A DNA stretch of 64,000 nucleotides from Phoronis australis (Eukaryota > Animalia > Phoronida): contig NMRA01000367.1 of the NCBI GenBank assembly GCA_002633005.1, positions 374,578-438,577 on the forward strand. The letters are read 5' to 3'. The translations under genes were made by a program, and so were the position numbers. The first letter of the stretch is position 1. Every line of letters starts with the position of its first letter. Below are positions 59,101 to 64,000 of this stretch, one piece after another. Under the pieces are notes generated by a model. That model made no database searches and was not told the origin of the DNA. It saw nothing but the letters and a program-made list of their open reading frames with translations.

Positions 59101-62100
59101 CAGGTTCACAGCAGCTTCAGTGAAAGACTATTTGGAAGAGTTTAACAGGAGACTGAAAAGTCAAGTTTTAGTGTGAACAAGTTTTACAGGAAATTGACAC
59201 ACACTTGCTCAAGTTTTAGTTTATCGATGCAAAGTTTTTATCCAAACATGCAGCCAGGACATACTTTTGGATAGTTTGTTTACATCCACTCCACTAAATA
59301 AATCCTCTCCATGTCTTACTTCTCAGGAACACTACAATCCTTACCTCTAGCGATGCTTCAGCTAAGTTGTGTATGGTAGGCCACTTCTGAAATAAAGTAC
59401 TTTACACAGTTACAAAACACAAACAACAGGATACCAGCACTAAAGACACACAACATAACATCACATGACTGTACCTCTTGAGTCAAAAGTAGAAAACGTC
59501 ACACTAATCGAAACACCTTTTACATGCACAGGTACACAAATGTTGTCAAAGAGGTGTAAATATATGAAAACAGACTTTGTTGCACTCATGAAGATAAAAT
59601 GATTCCATGAAAGAATATGTTAAGTTTCAATTTGACACCTGTACCTCCAAAGCTCCAGTTTGTGTGTACTGTAATATGAAGGACACGAACATGCCTCCCA
59701 TACCTTCATCCACTTGTTGTAGTAAGAGATCACCGTGGCAACCTGGGTCTGTTGAAGCATAACCTCTGACACCCAGACTGAAAATAAATCCAGTGGCATC
59801 AATATGCTGGCAGGTTCTGTCCAACAGGTGGTCTTCATTTCCCAAACAGGCATACAAAGTTATGAGTTATATTCAGTTAATAATTTAACTCAGTTATGAT
59901 AATTGTCAAGTCACTGAACAAAGAAAATTATTGAGTTCTTTCAAGTCAGTAATCATTACATTCTTGTCTCAGTGAACCTCACTTATCACAGCAATTTATC
60001 ATCACATACGATATGGATATGAATTCACTGACACCGAAGCACATTGGTCAACATGAACCAAAGCCAATACTGTTGATGTTCAAACACTGTTGATGTTCAA
60101 ACACTGACGATGTTCAAACACTGCCTATGTTCAAACACTGTCTACGCCCAAACACTGACGATGTTGAACCACTGTCTATTGTTCAAATACTGTCTATGTC
60201 CAAACACTGTCGCTGTTCACACATAGTCAATGTTCACACATAGCCAATGTTCAAACACTGTCGATGTTCACATATAGTCAATGTTCAAACACTGTCGATG
60301 TTCACACATAGTCAATGTTCAAACACTGTCGATGTTCACACATAGTCAATGTTCAAACACTGTCGATGTTCACACATAGTCAATGTTCAAACACTGTCGN
60401 GAATGGAACATATGTGCCAAATTTCATGAACGTATGTCAAAGGGTTTTGGAGATAGAGCAGCGGACGCCGGACGCCAGATGCCGCCCGGACGGACGGACG
60501 GACGGACAGAGATGACGGCATAATGCGTCCACATATAAATATGTGGGCGCATAATCAAAATGCCACTAGGGTACTATTACACACTGGTAATTGGATCTGT
60601 CCGAAAATTCGCTCATACTGTCCCATCAATGACAGAATCATGTCTGTAAAATTTCATGACCATACACCAAGGGGTTTCGCAGATACAGCATGGTACACCA
60701 GAAGGACAGAGATAAAAAGGTATTACCGGAAACATTCTGCTCAATAACACTGTAACAAGAACAGTTTTTAAGTTAATGACAAAAAATAATTTGGGATTAA
60801 GACAACTCAATGTAATAAACCAGCTTGAAGAATTGTTCTTTACTCAAACTAGATTTGATTTCATAGCTGATTAAGAAATGACAACTGTTTGCTTGAACCC
60901 CACCTAAATACACTGGCCTGTCACCGCAAGCCACTTTATATACAAGCAAGCTCTCAACAAAGGCCTGAGCCCAAAAATCTCTTGAGTAGGCAACAAATTG
61001 AGACTGGTTTTATAGAACTAAGTGATTTGAACAGAAACTTAGTTCAACTGATGGCAGACAGGTTCACAGCAGCTTCAGTGAAAGACTGTTTGCAAGAGTT
61101 TGACAGGAGACTGAAAAGTCAAGTTTTAGTGTGAACAAATTTTACAGGAAATTGACACACACTTGCTCAAGTTTTAGTTTATCCATGCAGTTTTTATCCA
61201 AACATGCAGCCAGGACATACTTTTGGATAGTTTGTTTACATCCACTCCACTAAATATATCCTCTCCAGGTCGTACACTACAATCCTTACCTCTAGCGATG
61301 CTTCAGCTAAGTTGTGTATGGTAGGCCACTTCTGAAATAAAGTACTTTACACAGTTACAAAACACAAACAACACGATACCAGCAGTAAAGACACACAACA
61401 TAACACCACATGACTGTACCTCTTGAGCCNAAGTCAGTAATCATTACATTCTTGTCTCAGTGAACCTCACTTATCACAGCAATTTATCATCACATACGAT
61501 ATGGATGTGAATTCACTGACATCAAAGCACAGTGGTCAACATGAACCAAAGCCAATACTGTTGATGTTCAAACACTGACGATGTTCAAACACTGCCTATG
61601 TTCAAACACTGTCTACGCCCAAACACTGACGATGTTGAACCACTGTCTATTGTTCAAATACTGTCTATGTCCAAACACTGTCGCTGTTCACACATAGTCG
61701 ATGTTCACACATAGTCAATGTTCAAACACTGTCGATGTTCACACACAGTCAATGTTCACACATAGTCAATGTTCAAACACTGTCGATGTTCACACATAGT
61801 CAATGTTCAACCCTCTCTGTCACTTCATTAAAGTGGCACTTGCTTCCCACTTATATTTCAAATAAAATAAAAAATAAATACTTCTTATTCGTAGAAAGAG
61901 TTCCCCAAGATCATCTAGGCCAATAAATGTTCAATCTGCTAGGGAACTTGATTGATCCTCATCGTATCAATAAAATGAACTTGGACACGTTTACCTGCAT
62001 AAGCCTTAGTATTCAGATCAAGGGTTGAGTCTGCAGCCTAAAATGTAAACAACATCATGCTCAATAGAAGTGGATTGGCAATTAATAAATGGTCATCAAA

Positions 62101-62427
62101 AATATGTGCAAAGACAAATATGTATAACATAATGACCAGCTTAAGCAGACCAATTACACCAAGCAGAGTGACTGGTTAAACAATGAGTACATTACGCATA
62201 GGGATATAACTCCTTGTTCCAAGTGCAACTGAAAAGGTTTTATTAAAGATTGACCCTTCAAAATGTCACAATAGAACTAAATTGAGCACTTCCAACCTTG
62301 TGTCTCCATGGCAACTGTCTTTTGTTGCTGTGATACCAGTCAAGCAGATGTTGTTGAAGAGATACAATTTCACTTTTGTTGCTGAACCAGTGAAAGTTGC
62401 CTTTAACAATGTCAAGACATTTGCTAC
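35173..62427 (-). CDS. MUTYH: Adenine DNA glycosylase MUTYH, 5'-partial
   Basis: Exons (-): 62427-62297 ([15 protein letters not shown]), 62037-61995 (KAYA), 59777-59704 ([13 protein letters not shown]), 59386-59345 ([14 protein letters not shown]), 57717-57646 ([13 protein letters not shown]), 54671-54558 or 51762-51649 (Hh[10 protein letters not shown]), 46264-46167 (VVDGNVVRV), 44425-44281 (Fe-S C-x6-C-x2-C-x5-C), 41467-41395, 40383-40201 (CHLC, NYPRK), 37545-37415 ([10 protein letters not shown]), 36669-36475 (HIFSH), 35262-35173 (PIP box [11 protein letters not shown]); phases consistent. Confidence 0.95.
35810..36015. repeat. 13-bp minisatellite
   Basis: CACTGGTCCCCAA. Confidence 0.9.
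36820..37060. repeat. ~33-bp pyrimidine-rich degenerate repeat
   Basis: CCTCRACCTTTTCACCCCACCTCTACACTCTA. Confidence 0.8.
37190..37417 (-). repeat. 20-bp x11 array of a MUTYH 5' splice site
   Basis: minus-strand unit TAAG|GTAATCACTGTTGG. Confidence 0.95.
38464..39457. other. Assembly gap (~1 kb of N)
   Basis: run of n. Confidence 0.99.
39458..40168 (+). mobile_element. Gypsy/Ty3 LTR retrotransposon 3' end: integrase C-terminus, PPT and 3' LTR
   Basis: ORF tail [22 protein letters not shown]...[15 protein letters not shown] (to 39792); PPT AAGGGTAGAGGGA directly before TGTTGTGT (40001); LTR ends ACACAACA (40168); rest lies in the N gap. Confidence 0.85.
41760..43084. mobile_element. Kolobok-type (T2-like) non-autonomous element, 1.3 kb
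   Basis: TTAA TSD (41756-41759, 43085-43088); ~110-bp TIR starting AGGAGAAGGCAAC. Confidence 0.88.
43425..43625. repeat. ~40-bp repeat x5
   Basis: TGTCATTGACGTCAAACCAAGAACCTTGTGATAC. Confidence 0.85.
44788..44940. repeat. 38-39-bp repeat x4
   Basis: AAAACCACGTCAGTCGGGTCAAATAACACTCACTAAC. Confidence 0.9.
45752..46190 (-). repeat. 38-bp x10 array derived from a MUTYH exon-intron junction
   Basis: GAGATAACTCATAYCAGAATGAGTCAGTRACAGTTAYA resembles GACATGACTCTTACCAGAAGGTGTCAATAACAGG. Confidence 0.9.
46383..48286. mobile_element. Small TIR element (host of nested HINE)
   Basis: CAGGGATATTCCTG / CAGGAATATCCTTG TIR; CACAGG repeated on both flanks. Confidence 0.7.
46607..48220 (-). mobile_element. 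Non-autonomous Helentron (HINE/DINE-1/pearl-like) with internal trimeric satellite
   Basis: AACAAGAG end, ~10 monomers of ~140 bp, (GGAC)n-like microsatellite, terminal hairpin CCACATAT-nn-ATATGTGG then A-run. Confidence 0.8.
48310..48595. repeat. 22-24-bp minisatellite
   Basis: AGCACATCACTGTACACACRT. Confidence 0.9.
48622..51561. mobile_element. Tc2/pogo-like non-autonomous DNA transposon, 2.9 kb
   Basis: TA-CCGTAAACGTTCGG...CCGAACGTTTACGG-TA; subterminal GGGCGGTTAAC/GGGCGCTTAA repeats at both ends; no transposase ORF seen. Confidence 0.85.
51649..51762 (-). CDS. MUTYH: MUTYH helix-hairpin-helix exon, copy 2 (SQELQSH...), probably allelic duplicate
   Basis: near-identical to 54558-54671; copies separated by a single-n join at 53870. 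Confidence 0.7.
51800..52387. repeat. 18-bp minisatellite ~33 copies
   Basis: AATAGTTATAATACTAKC. Confidence 0.97.
52582..53869 (-). mobile_element. HINE copy (allelic counterpart of 54916-56255)
   Basis: AACAAGAGCAACG start, same satellite monomers, truncated at n 53870. Confidence 0.8.
54558..54671 (-). CDS. MUTYH: MUTYH helix-hairpin-helix exon, copy 1 ([26 protein letters not shown])
   Basis: 114 nt, ttag|GTG...GAG|gtaaag. Confidence 0.85.
54916..56255 (-). mobile_element. Complete HINE with subterminal inverted repeats
   Basis: subTIR ATGCGCCCAC (54941-54950) / GTGGGCGCAT (56241-56250); short palindrome CAACG..CGTTG (54924-54938); hairpin at the other end; internal satellite. Confidence 0.85.
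56256..57447 (-). mobile_element. Older diverged HINE (continues segment 54847-54915 split by the younger copy)
   Basis: diverged monomers; own GGACGCACAGACAGA and CATATAAATATG hairpin end. Confidence 0.7.
57728..57908. repeat. 16-bp palindrome-containing minisatellite ~11 copies abutting a MUTYH acceptor
   Basis: ATTATGTTAACATTAC (core ATGTTAACAT is palindromic). Confidence 0.95.
58200..58785 (-). mobile_element. Degenerate HINE satellite monomers
   Basis: GCCACTA..GG motifs and AAATTTCATGA/AGATACAG blocks. Confidence 0.6.
60068..60399. repeat. 17-bp/34-bp dimeric minisatellite (second copy 61556-61810)
   Basis: ATGTTCAAACACTGTCG / ATGTTCACACATAGTCA alternation. Confidence 0.9.
60401..60555 (-). 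mobile_element. HINE terminus
   Basis: (GGAC)n microsatellite plus ATAATGCGTCCACATATAAATATGTGGGCGCATAA; near-identical to 48058-48220. Confidence 0.8.
61290..61331 (-). other. MUTYH: Out-of-order duplicate of MUTYH exon [14 protein letters not shown] inside n-bounded block
   Basis: same as 59345-59386; block 60401-61429 flanked by single n on both sides. Confidence 0.75.
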
Positions 62428-62473
62428 CTGAAATCAAATGCGAGAATAAATCAGAAAGGCATTATAATGAAAC

Positions 62474-62812
62474 AGGGCTTCACAGGGTGAGCCACGTAGG
62501 GCAGGCTTCACAGGGTGGGCCGTGTAGGGCAGGCTTCACAGGGTGGGCCGTGTAGGGCAGGCGTCACAGGGTGGGCCGTGTAGGGCAGGCTTCACAGGGT
62601 GGGCCACACAGGGTAGGCTTCACAGGGAGGGCCACGTAGGGTAGGCTTCACAGGGTGGGCCACCCATGGTAGGCTTCACAGGGTGGAAAGTGCAGGGTAA
62701 GCTTCACAGGGTGGGCTGTGTGTGGAAGGTTTCACAGGGTGGGCTGTGTGTGGAAGGTTTCACAGGGTGGGCCACGCATGGTGGATTTCGCAGGCTGGGT
62801 TTCACAGGGTGG
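62474..62812. repeat. 27-bp GC-rich minisatellite
   Basis: GGCTTCACAGGGTGGGCCGTGTAGGGC. Confidence 0.9.
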
Positions 62813-62921
62813 TGAAACTTCGCTTCTACCAAAGTTTCGCTTCGGTAGGGAGGACATTTTAAATTTTTTTCTCAATGCCAATTTGAAAAGCCCTTAGTGT
62901 GAGAAATTTACTCCTCCTCTC

Positions 62922-63543
62922 TTGCTCCATCTTCACCCCTATCAACCAGGAAAAAACATCCACCCCACTACAGCCCTCACTCTTTTCGGCATACATCTCG
63001 ACACCGCCACCATGTCGGCATCCCTGCCCAAGGACAAGCTAGACAAGGCCACAGAGCTTCTCAACCACTTCCAACGCAAACGCAGTCATGCTCCGCGACA
63101 TGCAGTCCCTCTTTGGCCTCCTCAACTTCGCCTGCTTGGTAATCGTGCCGGGACGTGCTTTTCTCCGCCACCTCATTGACCTCACTAAGGGGCTCCACCT
63201 TCCTCACCATCATGTAACTCTCAACATGGAGGCATGTGCTGACATCTGCTCCTGGCTCCTCTTGCTTCAGTTCTTCAATGGTAAATCACCTCTTCTCTTC
63301 CACACGTGGGTTTCGTCTCCATCCATCAAGCTCTACACTGACGCTGCTGCCCTCCATGGAAGTTTTGCTGCCATCCTCAGCTCCCAATGGTTCACGGGAC
63401 ATAAGCTCGACTCCCTCCCTGACCCTACCCCTATGTTCTACATTCGTAAACTCCTTCGCGGTGTATCAAAATCACGTCCCTCCTCCAACACCTGCCAGCC
63501 CATCACCTATGACATCCCCACCTCCCTCATCGACTCTATCCCC
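62922..63543 (+). mobile_element. Degenerate DIRS/Ngaro-type tyrosine-recombinase retrotransposon fragment
   Basis: RT-connector/RNaseH peptides (LTLFGIHLDT..LPKDKL; QSLFGLLNFACLVIVPGRAFLR; LYTDAA) with a frameshift, joined to YR N-terminal-like peptide (DPT..IRKLLRG..QPIT). Confidence 0.8.
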
Positions 63544-64000
63544 CAGAGGTGGATCTACGGAGGGGGGTTCAGGGGGTTTAAACCCCCCCTCGGGCCAGGA
63601 CCCAAAAATGAGAGGGGGGGTTCACTCTGAAAATATATTTTTTGCATTGTGAATTGCTGTTATGAAAATCAACGCGTTTCGAGTCTTCGTGGCTCATCGG
63701 CAAAACCCCGCAGATCAATTGTGCGCGCGCTTCCGACGACATTTCTGAAGTAGCCAAGCATCCACCGCTGAAAAAGCAGCCCTATAGCTGATTTCTTTAG
63801 GTAGCTAGTTTCTTTACTCTAAGATATATTTCGATTTGATTAGGAGAAATACTGTGGTGCCGCAACCCTGATATTCAGGCGAATTGATGGGCAACGTTTT
63901 TACCTCATCTGTCATGCCGTGTCATCCTATTACACCCCACACGTTTGACTGGTGTATTGTAAACTTGTCTTGCGCAATATCATACAGTGTACGTGTACAT

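Noticed and set aside
60401-61810. Duplicated MUTYH exon and intron blocks suggesting exon shuffling
   Set aside because: Bounded by single n at 60400 and 61430, out of gene order, near-identical to 58625-59483 and 59943-60399; allelic redundancy

Overview
Draft-assembly scaffold window from an invertebrate (probably lophotrochozoan, inferred) genome, AT-rich and intron-rich, with N gaps and single-n joins. It holds three spliced genes, all reconstructed here from GT-AG junctions with consistent phase. (1) The 3' part of a LAR-family (type IIa) receptor tyrosine phosphatase on +, 341-25900: FN3 repeats, TM, and D1/D2 PTP domains. (2) A complete SMPDL3B-like acid sphingomyelinase-like phosphodiesterase on -, 27646-32999. 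(3) MUTYH adenine DNA glycosylase on -, 35173-62427, with its 5' end not found. Introns are packed with minisatellites, MITEs (Kolobok-, Tc2-, Harbinger-like and others), a Gypsy 3' end with a 168-bp LTR, a DIRS/Ngaro fragment and nested non-autonomous Helentron (HINE)-type elements. Most notable observations: (a) tandem repeats repeatedly born from exon-intron junctions, giving arrays of duplicate splice sites in all three genes; (b) HINE elements whose trimeric internal satellite carries a CTCF-consensus-like motif in nearly every ~140-bp monomer; (c) a candidate 3-nt microexon and a duplicated juxtamembrane exon in LAR that could give a soluble ectodomain. Several duplicated blocks next to single n bases are probably allelic assembly redundancy.
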